A program made the position numbers and the translations under genes. From assembly GCA_951406725.2 (NCBI GenBank), contig OX597820.1:114886001-114950000 (forward strand): a stretch of DNA of 64,000 nucleotides, read 5' to 3'. The notes below the pieces were generated by a model. It worked only from the letters and a program-made list of their open reading frames with translations, made no database searches and had not been told where the DNA came from. Shown one piece after another: positions 12,201 to 26,600 of this stretch (within the stretch, counting starts at the first letter, position 1; each line of letters begins with the position of its first letter). Source of the DNA: Octopus vulgaris. Taxonomy: Eukaryota.

Positions 12201-13579
12201 ATCAGTCACAAGTGTACTTATTTTGTTCTGACTTATGAACACCTTTTAAATACTACACCACCTCCCCACTTAAGTATTCCACCAAAGTCTCGAAAGACAA
12301 TTTGTGAAGTTGTAATAGTTTGGGTGCAAGAATGGCTTTAAAGATTGGAAGTTGAGTTCCGTATAATCAGATTATCCGTCAACGGTTCTTCCATAATTTC
12401 TATTTTATCAGAATTCAAACCAACAAACTATTCAGAGACAATGTATGAATTTGGATTGGAAATACATGGAATGTTGGAAAGTTCTCAGATATTTTAAAAT
12501 ACAACCATTTGTTTATGTACTTTTAATTTCATTTTCATTTATAATTCAATGATGTTACAATTGAGGATAAATGAATTTCGAGTCCATTAGAAATAAATTT
12601 GGATTTTCAAATATAAAAAAAATAATCTTAAACATAATTTCACTAACGAATCTAGCAATGAAAATGTTTTTAAATGTTTTGTTAAAAAATGTAGTAAAAT
12701 AGACTATTTATTTGTAGGGGAAATAATCGAATTTGAACCCAGAAATCTGTGAAGAAGAATCTTTTACAAAAAACAAAAAAATTAAAAAAACAAAAACAAT
12801 AACGGAATTCTCATGACGTATAAGATGTTTAATGGGAAACAGTAGAAGAGACTTTGTCGTGGACAATCAGCTGAGGCATTTTCGAAGAATATTGCGTTAA
12901 GTAATTGAGTTTTGGTAATGTATTTGTACAATTTTCATCGGAAGTCTGTGTAAATTCATGTATTTTGTATAATTATTTCTTAAATGTCTTGTATATTTCT
13001 AAAATCTTGGAATAATTTTGAATTCAATGAGCCTTTTTTTTTTTATTTGCATCTTTGATTTTTCCTTTGTAACATATAAATACGTACATCTAGAATATTG
13101 CTCTCTCCACTGTGATAGAACTTCATCCATCTCCCTGTTGGAATTAGTCCATCTTGGAGAGGATGCTGCCTACCAAAGGGCAGCAAGCGTGAATGGGGTA
13201 AAAAAAAAACAGGGAAGAGATAAAGACGAACACTTGCGCAGACCTCGAACCCCAAACCATTTGTGCAAAGTAGCTTAGTCGCGTGAATGTGCGGAGAATT
13301 TGACATTGACCAAGCATTCGAATTTCCGGATGATTAGGTCGTCAAAGTATTGGAGGAATGACAGGAATCTGTAAGGGGGGGACTAACTCTCAGAAAATAC
13401 AATAGCTTAGAAATTAGCAAGTAATTCCTAAGTATAAAAAAAACCTTGGGAGCTCAATCACTTCGAGGTTTTTTGAAAGTTGTTCGAGGTTAGCCATTTT
13501 GTATCTAAAGATGGACTCGAAAGCTAGCTTCTTAAATCCTATCTTTCGCTATGGCCTGTTATCTTGATCTGTGGCCTCG

Positions 13580-13970
13580 TGTTTAGTTACAAAGAAATTA
13601 TTTTAAAAATCTGCCGGTCAAAGTGAAAAGATCCCAGAGCTGGATTACAAAACCGTTCCCTCATTTAGTGTCCACCCATAATTATGACCCAAGTATCGAT
13701 CTCGAAATAGACACCGCCGGACGTTGTTGTTGAATTTCTTGGCAAGCAACAGCAGTAATTGTATTCACCTCAGTAGACGTCATTGATTGGTTGAAATTGC
13801 CGAAATACAAGAAATTAAACAATAAATAGCTTACAAACTGCATAATTTTCTCAAGAACGCCAAGAGAAAAAGATGTTTTATGTGACACATTCTACCAGTA
13901 TATGAAGTTTAAAAGTGTTTAGTTACAAAGAAATTATTTTAAAAATTTGCCGGTCAAAGTGAAAAGCTCC
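13580..13970. mobile_element. Fragments of the GGATC-TIR MITE family with a duplicated right end
   Basis: TTTAGTTACAAAGAAATTATTTTAAAAAT.TGCCGGTCAAAGTGAAAAG.TCC occurs at 13582-13633 and 13918-13970; interior matches the element at 51361-51779. Confidence 0.75.
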
Positions 13971-14283
13971 AATTTTATTTTTAATGGCAGTTGTCCTTAG
14001 AACCATCGTATTAAAACGTTTCTGTCTGTAGATATTTTATTTTTAGCTTGTTAATTTAGTTTTTCTTTGTTATTGTTTTGATATTTTATAGTCTTTAAGT
14101 GTTGTTTCAGAAACATTTTGCTTTGGTTTTTCTTCGAACAGGTAAACTCTTATTCACTAATATTAACTTCATTCACTTTTGCTTTCTGTGATACATACAT
14201 GTTGGTCTATTTTGAGTAAAATAATAAACGAGGAACTACTTTGGCCAAGAGAAATTATTGAAATTAGTCATGGCTCATTTTTT

Positions 14284-14296
14284 GAAAACCGAAAGT
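14284..14296 (+). promoter_or_regulatory. IRF-E/ISRE-like motif GAAAACCGAAAGT
   Basis: Exact match to the IRF-E consensus G(A)AAASYGAAASY; ~4.5 kb upstream of the TRAF start codon. Function untested. Confidence 0.3.
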
Positions 14297-14509
14297 TATC
14301 AAATTAGACATTAGTGTGAGAATGAAATGGAATTGGAATCCAACAGAGAAAAGAATATTATCAAACACCTAACCCCCCCACCACCACCACCAGATATTTT
14401 ATTAGCAACCGCAATTTCAATCGGGTCGAAGTTGCTGGAAATTTTTTTGGATCTATTCGGTTTGACCGGCAGTTTTTCAGGATTGTTTTCGGTCCTATTC
14501 GGAGAATGG

Positions 14510-14519
14510 GGGAATCTCC
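14510..14519 (+). promoter_or_regulatory. NF-kappaB-like motif GGGAATCTCC
   Basis: Matches GGGRNWYYCC; ~215 bp from the IRF-E. Function untested. Confidence 0.3.
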
Positions 14520-15664
14520 GAAATTTAAAGGATATGTACTTTTCTTTTTGTTGTTTTAGCCCGTTAGATATCTACTGACCCTTCGTAGGATCCCATCTCT
14601 TACAAACACCTTTTTAAGCTATGTACTTTCCATTTCGTTTGTCTAAGATGGAACTTAAGAACATACAGAATTGTTTCATCGCTATTACAACGTCATTCTG
14701 TTGTGTCTATTGTATCCAGCAATACTTACCTGGTTAAATATACTTAATATACAATTACATAATTTGTACTCTAATAATATTTGAAACGTTATTTCTTTCG
14801 AAAACAAAAATAGAAACGAAAGACAATTAATGTTTGTGCAGACATTGCTTAATAAGTCGATGACGTTTTGTGAACATTTTCGACAAGTTTATCTCAGTGT
14901 GTGAAGTGCCTTCGTATGTTCTGGCAATAAAATATCTAAGATCTTGAGTAAGATGGAATTTCTTGATTTTTCTATATTTGTCTTCATTTTATAACCTACA
15001 GCATACTAAAACAGAAGCGCTCACCTACAACGGCTTTTGTTTCCTCGATAACTTAAAGAAAAATGAACTTCTGTGTTACTGAAATATTTTACCAGTATCT
15101 CCCAGATCGTATAGATTTCAGATTATTCACAAGACCGCATTATTTCCTTACAAATTTCAGAAAAATGGTTAATTTGCTTTAGTGAAATTTTCTACAAATG
15201 CTTTTTAGATGAAGATTACGTATCCAAATTTTGGGGTGGGGGGAACTTACTGTGCTCGCGCATAATACCCATTACATAATATTTCCTAAATTAATAGTTT
15301 CATTTTCTCGGTATGGGATGTACGTCAGCATGTGTATGTGCGTACCCATCGATTCCCCACCCTATTAAATTTCGATATAATCACAATCTATACAATTTGA
15401 ATAGTGTTAGAAATTTTTATTAGAAAATACTCATCTTATCTGAAAGTTATAAGGAGGCAAAGTTGGCTCCTGTGAATTATCCGAAGCTCCATCCCCAAAA
15501 ATTTGTTGCCGATATAATCGGAATGAACACCATTAAAAAAAAAAAAAAGGATCTTGAAGAAAATTTCATTTAGAAATATCTTTTTCTGAAAGTTATGTGT
15601 AAAAAATAAATAAAATAAAATGTCTCGGAGATTTTGTATGTATCCCATAAAACACGTGTAATTT

Positions 15665-16743
15665 ACCCTGGAAATAAGTTCATCACCATCTAAAAAGTAC
15701 TTCCTTTTCAGAAAAGACTTGATGGTTAGAAAGAGGTATAAGTCAGATGGTGCATGGTCGGGAGAGTAAGGAGGATGAGGAAGGATTTTATAGCTGCAGG
15801 AGTTGTGCTTTAATCTGGGTAACATGCGCACTGTGAACTGGGGCATTGTCTTGGAGGAGGCAGACTTTGGTCAGCATACCATGCTTCTCTGCTTTGATGG
15901 CACCCTGTAATTTGTGCAGCAGAGAACCATAATATGCCCCGTTAACTGTGGTGCCCTTTGCCAGAAAATCCATCATCACTACTCCGTGCTTGTCCTAAAA
16001 CACTGAGCATTACTTGCCTGCTCAGAGTTGAACACGATCCTTCTTTGGCAGTGGTATTATACTTCCTTTGCTTCAACTGGACTTTAGTTTCAGGATCATA
16101 GTGATGGACCCATGTCTCATCTTGTGTGATAAGTCTGCCGAAAATGTTTTTTTTTTTTTCTTTCACATTGTCAAAAAACCCTGGGAACAATCGACACATT
16201 TCTGCTTCTGAAAAGGAGTGAGCATCTGGGGAATCCATGGTGCACACAACTTCTGCATGTGCAAATGGTCGTGAATGATTTTTTTCCATGGACCCTACAC
16301 TTCACTTCATAGGCTAGTGGCTGAATCGTTATGTGCCGATCCTCCAAAATGGCAGCTTCCACTTTATGGATGGTGTCATCATCAATGGTGGAATGTGGTC
16401 ATCCAGGAACAGAAGCAGTTTCCTTGATGTCCGACTACATTTGAACTGGCGATGCCAGTGCCTGACTACATCATATGATGGTTCATCGTCACCATAATTT
16501 TCATTTCATTGAAAATCTCTTCTGGTGCACAACCTTTCAAGTATAAGAACCTGATCACTGATCTGTGTTCGACTGCCTCCATTATAACACCTTAGTCCAC
16601 TTCAGCAGCCATAAAAGACAAACGAATATTAGTGGAAAGCTGCAATCTACAATGTGACATGTAGAAAGGTGTATGATTGTCTATGCAAGTTCCTGCAATA
16701 ATCGGAATTGGCTCAGAGGAAATCTTTAATGAATACCCTTTCA
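15665..16743 (-). mobile_element. Mariner transposase fossil
   Basis: Frameshifted ORFs with ITQDETWVHHYDPETK, LLQDNAPVH and HPPYSPDHAPSDLYLF mariner motifs. Confidence 0.92.
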
Positions 16744-17119
16744 TATAATGTCCCACATTCTGGAACATTTTTTGTCAAAAATCCATTTTTCAAATTGTTT
16801 TTAATCCTCTACCCCTGCATGCTATACGGCACAATTTAAATGACATTTAGCTGCTACTGGTTACTGGAGCTGTGACTTAATCGAGTAGATGTGTGGAAAA
16901 AACTTGGAATTTTGAAAGAAAGTATAATTTCAGTTTAAAATGGTAAAAAGAACTCTCATTTAGTAAGGAAAATAGTATAATGGAACAAATAGTATTTTTC
17001 TTTCTCATCTCTCTAATCACATCAACAGTGTGTCCAGCAGCCTCAAAAGGTATATTTCTAATATTTTTTTTGTTCTCTCTCTCTCTACATTTTGTAACTA
17101 ATTGAATATCTTTTTTTCG

Positions 17120-17306
17120 CTATTATATAAGGGAAGTAACTCTCTAAAAATGTCTACGATGAGTCAACGATTTAAAAAAAAATTTACCATAATTTTTTTG
17201 TCCATTTTTAATGCATTTTTTTGCTATTTTTTGGCTATAACTCTCTAAAAATGCTTATATAGTTATTTCCCTTACAAACCCGAGCAACGCCGGGCGATAC
17301 TGCTAG
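17120..17306 (+). mobile_element. Non-autonomous Helitron 3' end
   Basis: Subterminal GC hairpin CCCGAGCAACGCCGGG followed ~10 nt later by CTAG|T. Confidence 0.7.
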
Positions 17307-17718
17307 TCTAAGATAATTTATTGATAAAATAATTTTCTGTTCATGTCTATCGTGTGAACCTTGGAACTATTTATTTGTGCTGATTTGTACATTTATAACT
17401 GAGATTTATCACCTGTTCATCAGGACATCTGTTCTGTGCTGATCATTATGACCTGTTCACTGCTTTCACCTAACATATGAAGATTTTGAAGCACTTCATT
17501 ACTACAAGGTTATCATAGCTAAGGGCACTCTCTAATAATGTGTGTGTATATGAGAATACAAGGGTTGTATATAAATGATATATTAATAATATAAGGGTAA
17601 ATAATTATCAATTTAAAAAAAAAAACCCAATTATTTCTGGGTAGATTTCGATATGAAAATATAACCATTATTGGTATGAACTTTTTAAAAAAAAGTTATA
17701 TATATATATAAATAAATA

Positions 17719-18044
17719 AAAAGGGCAAGCAAATGGTTGCTTAGCCACATACCGAAAAATTAGAAGTAGCAGTCAAAGGAGGTATGTATAGCATTTGCAA
17801 AATCTATTTAATGGAATGTTGCGCCGAAAAAGGAAATGAATTGATTTTAATTCTAATCCAGAAATGCATCCGTAACTAACTGAAGACTTTGTTTTCGTTA
17901 TTTTTTCCTTTTGTTTTACATATGTGAGTCACATGTATATGCTGTATGTGGAGTTATATTTGTAGAAAATAGAAATAAGCGGTCTTTGACTGCTATTTCT
18001 AATTTTTCGGTATGTGGCTAAGCAACCTGTTGCTTGACCTTTTT
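17719..18044. repeat. ~60-bp inverted repeat pair (17719-17780 / 17982-18044)
   Basis: GGTTGCTTAGCCACATACCGAAAAATTAGAAGTAGCAGTCAAAG is mirrored downstream; likely a transposon remnant. Confidence 0.75.
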
Positions 18045-18771
18045 ATTCATATATTATATAGGTGCATTGTAGGCTTTGTAGTTTAACTTTGAATTTAAGA
18101 ACAGAAGCAATCTATAGATTTATAACAATCCTTTCTACTATAGGCACATGGCCTGGAATTTTTTAGGGGAGCGAGGCTAGTCAATTACATCAATCACAGT
18201 GCTTGACTGGTACATTATTGACCCCAAAAGAATAAAAGGGGTACTTTATTGACCATGAAAGGCAAAGTCAGCCTCACTAAAATTGGGACACATTGCAAAA
18301 ACAGATGAAGCGCTGCTAAGCATTCTGTCCAGCCTGCTATCAACTCTGCCATCTTGCTGCCTTATTTATGACAGATCATTTGGTGAATGAAGCAATGGTT
18401 TTGATTCTAATTTCCTGAGACTTATAATCAATGTTGTTTGGTTGAGCAGATCCTTTATATAAGGCATGTTAATAGAATATTCTAAAAATATCTTGTCTTT
18501 TTAATTTGACACTGTGGTTAAAAAGTTTCCTTATTAAAGCATTTAACTGTTAATTCATTGATTCTAAGATCAAACCCATTCCAGAAAAATTTCCTGTTTA
18601 CTGCATTCATCTTATTGTTTGGGAGTTCATATAATTTCTTCTGGGAATTTTACTAAATTCCTATTAAAAGGAGATTCGCCTCTTTTATCAGTTTAACACC
18701 ATGAATCTAAATCATATGATTAGTCTTAAAAGCTATCACAGCTTTAAGATTGTTATATTTTGCTATTGCAG

Positions 18772-18926
18772 ATGATGTCACACACTTTTGATGAAGAGTT
18801 TGAATTAAGTTTAAAGGATGTAAATCAGAGATTCATTTGTCCCATCTGTTTAGCTTTGATGTCGAAACCAATGCAGACAAAATGTGGCCATCGTTTCTGT
18901 AAGAAATGCATTTCTGGTGTCATTGC
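18772..18926 (+). CDS. TRAF6: TRAF6-like coding exon 1 (MMSHTFDEEF...CPICLALMSKPMQTKCGHRFCKKCISGVI)
   Basis: ttgcag acceptor directly before ATG; RING N-half; GC|gtaagg donor, phase 2. The acceptor implies an upstream, probably non-coding, exon. Confidence 0.92.
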
Positions 18927-20589
18927 GTAAGGATCAAATTTCTATTTTATATTTATAGTTTAATAGAAAATATATAAGTTGGGAGGTTAATGTTGCTGGA
19001 TTACTGGATACGCAGTCGTGAGTTCAAACCATACTATAAACACTGATTTGTACTCTTGAAAAAACTCATGACACCCAGATAAGCAAAGTAAGTTTTTCTT
19101 TCCAGTGTTTTAAAGATGAATAATTAGCAGTAGGAAGTGCATCCAACCTATTTTGTTGTATATAATTATTTCCAATGCCGACATAAATGAAAATACTGGA
19201 GTTTGGAAGAAGAATCTGTGAAGTGTAATTTTTACTCATCATCATCGTTTAGCATCTGCTTTCCATGCTGGCATGGGTTGGACGGTTTGACTGAGAACTG
19301 GAAGGCCAGGACACTGCACCAGGCTCCAATCTGATTTAGCAAAGTTTCTACAGCTGGTTGCCCTTCCTAACACCAACCACTCTGAAGGATAATCAGCAAA
19401 TTCGAATTTGGAAGACAAAGACCTGGATGAAATACTTCAGGGTGTTGTGTCCCCCTCACTAGAGACTCTGCCAATCCATCACCATTTATAATTTAAGCAC
19501 AAAACCAGAAAGTGGTAAATCAACTACATTGGCTCCAATGCTTGGCAGGTCCTCCCAAGCTAATATTCAGCATCATCCCCTCCTGCACTCTTGTTCCTCA
19601 TTTGCAGTATTCAACTACGTCTCCATCTCTAGCCATCTGTCACTCTTTTTATACTCATCAACTTACCTCTCTGTCCACCTTTTCCAATCCTCTCTGTTTT
19701 TCTTATATTCCCTTTCTTACACCTTGATGCTTCTTACTCTGACACTTCATCACCACAACCATTTTTTTCTCACTTTCCACCCAGGGTGGCCATGTATCTC
19801 CTCTACAGTAAGACACATGTTCCTCTGCCTCTATCATAGTTTAACCTCTCAACACTTAGTATAAAGCCACCTCCTTCAGTATTATAACCCAGCTAAAATG
19901 GTGGTGGTGGTGGTGGTGGTGGGGTTTTGTCTTGCTAGTAACTCTGTGGCATCACTATTACTGGTGCCAGTTATACATTGTAAAATGATTGACTTTTAGA
20001 AGGGCATCTAGCTGTAAAAGCCATGTCCTTTGGATAATCAGATCCTTTCAAGTCATCCAACATGGAAGAGGGACATTAAATGATGATGGCCTCAAAAAGA
20101 TAAAAAGCAAAGTTAACCTTAGTGATATTTGAACACAATATAAAGGGTTGTAACTAAATCCTAGAAAGTATTTTGTCTGATACTCAGTTTGTCTGATACT
20201 CACTGTTTTGCCAATCTGCAATCCTCTTTATATTACCAATTGAAACTTTCCTCAGTATGTTAAATAATTTTCCTTTACAGGGGTCGTGATCGAGTAAAAT
20301 GTCCTGTAGACAACAATTTCTTTTGGGTTCAATCAGATGTAAGTTCTCATATTCCTTTATTCACTATTTGAAGTTCAAAATGACTCTACTTCTGGCAGCT
20401 CAAGCTTAATTCCCAATTTCTTATATAAACAATTCAACTATATCTGATGACAATGCGAAGCAAAAATGAAGTACAGCTTTTTCTTCTTTTTTTTTTGAAT
20501 TTTCTATATATAATTTCCAGATACAGAATACTCTGAATGTTAAATTATTCTATCAAATTATATTAAAATAGCAAATATTTTCAGAAAGA

Positions 20590-20664
<75 letters not shown>

Positions 20665-23600
20665 AGGATTTGGTTCACTGAACCACCATGTTTGCTCATA
20701 ACATACAAACAAGTTAATATTTTGAAACATTTAACTGAAATGACACATCTTCCAGTTAACATGTGATTATCCCATTCTTATTAACAAATAAATTACAAAA
20801 CATGAAAAATAGAAGTATGAAAGTAAAGATTTTTCACACTAGAATCATATATCTTGGTGTACAAGAGAAACCTACTTTATTCATTATGGTAAAAGGTCCT
20901 ATTTGCATGCATTCTCTTCAGGTTTAGTTTTTATAAATTTAAAAATTTTCTTCCTGTTTGCTTTCCATATGGAATTTGTGCTTTCTGATGCTGCTAGATT
21001 TTCTTCCTTAACCAAATAAATTTTTAAAATTAAGAGATTATAATGAAGGTACATCTTTTAACAGCTTTTCATCGACCAGGCTTTTGAGAGAGAACTTAAT
21101 TCCTTACTACTCAGTTGCCCTAATCAGAGAAATGGCTGCTTGTGGAATGGGGAAAAAGATGCATTTAAGGTGCGTTAGATGGAAGTTTAGATTCAGAAAT
21201 TTATCAAGCATGTTGTTTTGTCTTTTGTTTTTACTTTTAAAATTTTTGTTAATATAACTTTAAGTGTTTTCATAATCCAATGAAAATTAGGTGAGAACTG
21301 GAATTTTGAAAAGCAACAAAATATTTGAAATGCAATTTTAAAAATTAAAATGAATTTTTTCATTGAATTTAATATTGACTTCTAATTTCAGTTAAACAAT
21401 CTTATTTTACAACCAATCTCTCTAACTTAAGTTCATGGAAACAAATTTTTTAAATGAAGGAAAACTGACTGCAAAAGTAGATATAAAATTCTCATATTGT
21501 CATGTTTGTGATTGTTGAATAGGTGATACTGCATGTAGTCTTCTTCATATTCTTGCATGTAATAGTCTTTCCAGAGAAGCTTAACTTAAAGAACTGTCTG
21601 GAGAATTCATACAAACTGTGGCCAGGAATTTGGAACAGACAAATCCAAACTCTTGTTTTTTGGAGGACATAAATGTCACCGAGTGGTGTCAATCCCCACA
21701 CATATATGCATGTCCTCTTTTACATGCATTTCACAGACTTCTGTACACTTTCTATTAATCCAATTTCACTAACAAAGAATCAGTCAACTTGAGGTATCAC
21801 TCATAAATTTTGTCAAACCTATAACCACGATTATAAAGTGAGCTTCTTAACTGCCTGGCTGTCTGTGCCATATTCATAGAATAATAGATATTAATTCTTT
21901 GTGGAGCAATAAAAGAATGGAATTTTGTCAAATTAACTACAGGTATTATTTTAGTGACATTGTTAATGTGACTAAAGTTAACTCTGGAAAGGACATGCAA
22001 AAAAGTTCCAATATATTTAGTATGATGGGCTATCAAAAAGTAAATATTTGAATATAAAATCATATTTTAGTGAATTTCAAGTTTGTCATAAATAGGAACG
22101 CCATAACTTTTTTAATGATTAACAGCGTTAAGTACAGCCAGAGGTTTTTTTGGGGGGTGGGATTCCTATGCTTGCACAACAGTAAAATAATACGATAAAA
22201 CTAACTTGGAATTGGGTAGAATAGTTTGGGAATGCTTTAGTATATTAGATAATACAGAGCAGATTCAAATAGTGTTAAACTCTTTTGACCACTGATATTT
22301 TAAACTTAGTGTTGATCAAATTGATTAAATAAAATTTTCTAAATTTAAATAAAATAAATTTTTCAACAGATATCTCAAACCTCTTCGAAAGCACTTGCTT
22401 TTAATATCTTCCACCTAAACACTTTAAAATTTTGTAAATATATATTTAGCATTCAGTCTTAGTTTACAAAACCAAAAATTAAATGCAAATCTTGAATATT
22501 TTCTTTTTTATTCTTCTAATAGTCTCATGTCACCAACTGTCAATTTGTATTCATAAATTGTGAGCTGTGTGGTAAAGATGTCCTCTCAAAGACGTTTGCA
22601 ACACACAAAAGCACAGATTGTCCTTGTAGAAGTGTTTTGTGTGAACTTTGTGAAGAAGAGGTACCATATAACAATAAATTGGTAAGACATATTTTCATTT
22701 TTCAAATATATTATCATTTAAAAATCAAAGAAATGTAAAGATGTACATTATTATTAAGTTAGTGAACTGGAAGAATTGTTGTCACTCAAAATGTTTAGTG
22801 ACATTTCTTCTAGCTCCCTGATTTATGAACTCAAATTTCAGGAAGGTTGACTTTGCCTGTCAGCCTTTCGGGGTTGATAAAATAAAGTACCAGTCAATAA
22901 CTGGGGTCAATATCATTGCCTTGCCCACTTCCATTAAAATTGCTGGCCTTGTGCCAAAATTAGAAATAATTAGGTTCACTAAAAGTACCAGTAATATAAC
23001 TCATCATTTTAAAGGTCACATTTTCAATGCTTGCATAGGTTATATGTCTTATTGAGGCAGTTTTTCTATAGCCACATGTCCTTATCACCAACCCTCATTT
23101 GTTTCCAAGGTACTATTTCTCCTAGCCTTTCAAAAGATGAACAGCTTAATGGATAGAGATGTTTCTGTGGAAGATGTAAAGGTGACATTTTTATGGAGGT
23201 CATAGATTACATCAACACAATGAGAAGATACATTCACATAAAATATAATACACATGACAGGCTTTTTCCATACAGATTGTTTACCAATTCTACTGAACCT
23301 TGCCTACCATGCCTACCATGTCACACAGTGGAGAGAGACTTGAAACCTGTTTGTGAAATGAACTCTTTAACCATGCCTTGGTAGAGTATTAGGCAAAAAT
23401 GCTTTGTAGTATTAAGTTCTTTTCATTCTGAATTCAACTATCTTCCAGGGGTTCATTTTTACCTTTCATTCACCTAGAGTTGACAAAATAAGTACTAACA
23501 TATCTATATCCACCCACCACAAAATGTGCCCCGTTATTTAGAAATGAATAATTTATACAACCATTACTGATTTTTGAAAAAAAAATGTGATGAGGGTAGC

Positions 23601-26600
23601 AATGATTAAGACGGTGGTTATAAAGTGATGCAAGCAATGAAGTATCTTTTGATAAACAACCTACATCTGATAATGAGACAGCTGATACCAGGGTGTAGGA
23701 CTGGGGAAATAAAGGTTTTGATGTTTTTCATAATGTAAAACTATGACCATTACTTGCAGTTGAGGATTCTATGAAGCCATAGAGTCACAAACGCCATACT
23801 GTGAATAATGGAGGATAATGGTTTGGGCAGCCATTTCTTGGAATTCTTTTGGTCAAATTGTTGCCTACATCGTAAGATCAACGGCACTGATTATCTGGAT
23901 ATTTTGGGAAATCAAGTCCTTCTCATGGTCCTGACATTATTCCCTGATGGTGAGTGCAGCTTCCAAGATGACAATGTTCCAATAACCTCTTAAGTGGTTA
24001 AGAACTGGTGTGAAGAGCATAGTAGTGAGCCACAACACATGGAGTGGTCCCTTCAATCTCCAGATCTTAATATTATTGAGCTTCTGTGATGCATCTTGGA
24101 GCAACAAGTTAGAAGTTGTTACCCTCCACTGTCATGTCTGCGACAGATGGAACAGGTTTTACAGGAAGACTGGCTCAAGATTCCCCTCAATGAAGTTGGG
24201 AAGTTGTAGGAATCAATTCCTAGATGCATCGAAGCTGTTCAGAAAGCTAAAGGAGGACCAACTCCATATTAAATAAATAAATCATTGAATTTAACACGTG
24301 TTCCAATTATTTTTTCCAACCCCTGTATATTGGGTCAACCCATAAATAATGCAGTTTTTTTATACTTTTATTCTTCAAAATTAAGATAAAGTTCTTTTTT
24401 AATCTAAAATATACTTTCCTTCATTTTCTACAATGCTCTTCCCTCTATCTGGTATTTTTGCAAGGCCCCTCTTCTAAAATTCACTTGTCTGTGACGAAAA
24501 ATACTCCTCCAGTACTGTTCTGACCTCTCTACAGAATTCATATGTTTTCCATCCAAATGATTTTGAAGACTGTGGAATGAAAGATAATCAGATGGGACAA
24601 TGTCTGACGAATATGGTGGCGGTCATTGTATACAGTTCAAACTGCTCCAGCCTTTGGAATGTCATCCTTGCTGTATGTGACCAACCATTATCCTGATGGA
24701 AGTACGCCTTTTGTCTTGAATCCAAAGATAATCGTTTTTCATCTAGTACTAACTTAGACTGCTTACAGTAGATCTCCTTTGTTATTGTTTGGTTTAGGTT
24801 TAAAAGTTCAAAGTGGACTAAACCTTTCACATCCCACTTTGAAAGTTTGTGAGGAACCCATTGACCTAATTTGCTGACTTTTCAGATGGCATGCAGGTGT
24901 CAGTGACTGACTGAATGACCAAATCTCTGCTAGTTTGTCAACAATTACAATTGGATTTTGTTCCACCAGGGCTTGCAGGACATCCTTGTCAAGCTCTACA
25001 GATCTTTCAGGATGTGGTTCATCTTCTAGACTATAGTTTCTGGCTCAGAATTTCAGGAACCACCGTTGACACTGACTTACACTTATTGTCCAATCCCCAT
25101 ATACTGCATTAATATTCCTTGCACTTTCCATTGCATTGTTGCCTTTGTTGAACTCATAAAGCAAAATATGCCGAATGTGCTCCTTTGTCACTTCCATTAT
25201 AGCTTTGAAAAAATAACTGTTAAAATCGAACTGCACTCTTCAAAACTTGCACTAAGAATAAGCACAAGGTAAAATTACTACCTGCTTTTATAGCAAATTG
25301 ATGCAGGTAGTTTATCCTGTCTCCCTTTGTTGCTGAGTTTACACTTACATATCATTATATATTAGAATTAACACATAATCAAATATTTTTCAGCAACAGC
25401 TGTGTGTGGGTATTTCCTCAGGTGAAAAATATTTAATTATATGTTAATTCTAAAGAATAATCTTATATCAAGATGTATAAGTGTAAACTCAGTAACTTAA
25501 AGTTCAGGTCTGATGCAGAGACAAATATTGTGATTTGTTATTAAAGCCTGATATTTTCCATCTTCATGTTATAATACTTTTATATTCTATACAATATAAA
25601 AATTCCACATGTCTATCCAGACTTGGAAAATATCCTGGCACCAGTTTTAACACTTCTGTTGTGGAGTATGGGTCTTCTTGAGTACAGCAAGGCACCAGGC
25701 ATCTCATTCCTTTGTCAGGGGTAGCTAATAACAGTATAGGAGCTCTGAAATGCATGTTGAGGGTATCTCAATTATACTAAAGCTATATATATATTATATA
25801 TATATAATCATCATTTAACATCTGTTGTCCAAGCTGGCATGGGTTGGACAGTTTGACCAAAGCTGAGGAAGTGCACCAGACTCCAGTCTGATTTGGCATG
25901 GTCTCTATGGCTGGATGCCCTTCCTGATGCCAACCACTTTACAGTGTGTGCTTTTGTGTGGTACCAACATAAGTGCTTTGCTCCACCAGAGGTACCAGTC
26001 TTAACACTTCTGCTGTAGAGTACAGGTCTTCTTGAGTACAGCAAGGTACCAGGCCTCTCTCATCCCACCTATCAGCTGAGATGACAAAGGAGGTTGTTCT
26101 CCAGTACTTCATTCCATGTCTTCCTGGGTCTCCCACTTCCTTATGGAACTGTTGGCATCCATCCACATCACATGACCAAACCAGTACCGCCTTCTCTCTT
26201 GCACACAGCATCTAATTCCTCTTGTGCCCTAAATTCTCTCATTCCTTTCTAACCTTCACATGTCCTCTGCATTCATGTAGAATTGCTGTTCATATATATA
26301 TATACATCATACAATCTTCCTTTCACTCAGAGAGAGAAACCTTTTGTGGCCAACAGAGGTGAAAGCTCTCTGAATTTCCTCCATCATATTCTTATTTTAG
26401 CTATCACATTCACCATGCATCCTTCCCCACTACTAATTTGGTCCCCTTGGCAGCAGAAATTTACTACCTCCAATGAGCCACCAGGGCATTTCAAAGAAAC
26501 AATTTCCTGAGTCTCTAAAGTTTTTATGGACCCAGTGCATCTTATATTGTGTGTGATAACAATGAAGTACCAAGAGATCAAAGTGGGAAGAGACTATAGG

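Noticed and set aside
12168-12210. CTGAAGA-ACCTT..AAGGT-GAAT hammerhead-like motif
   Set aside because: The second core box is GAAT rather than GAAA, and no stem I or NUH site can be formed.
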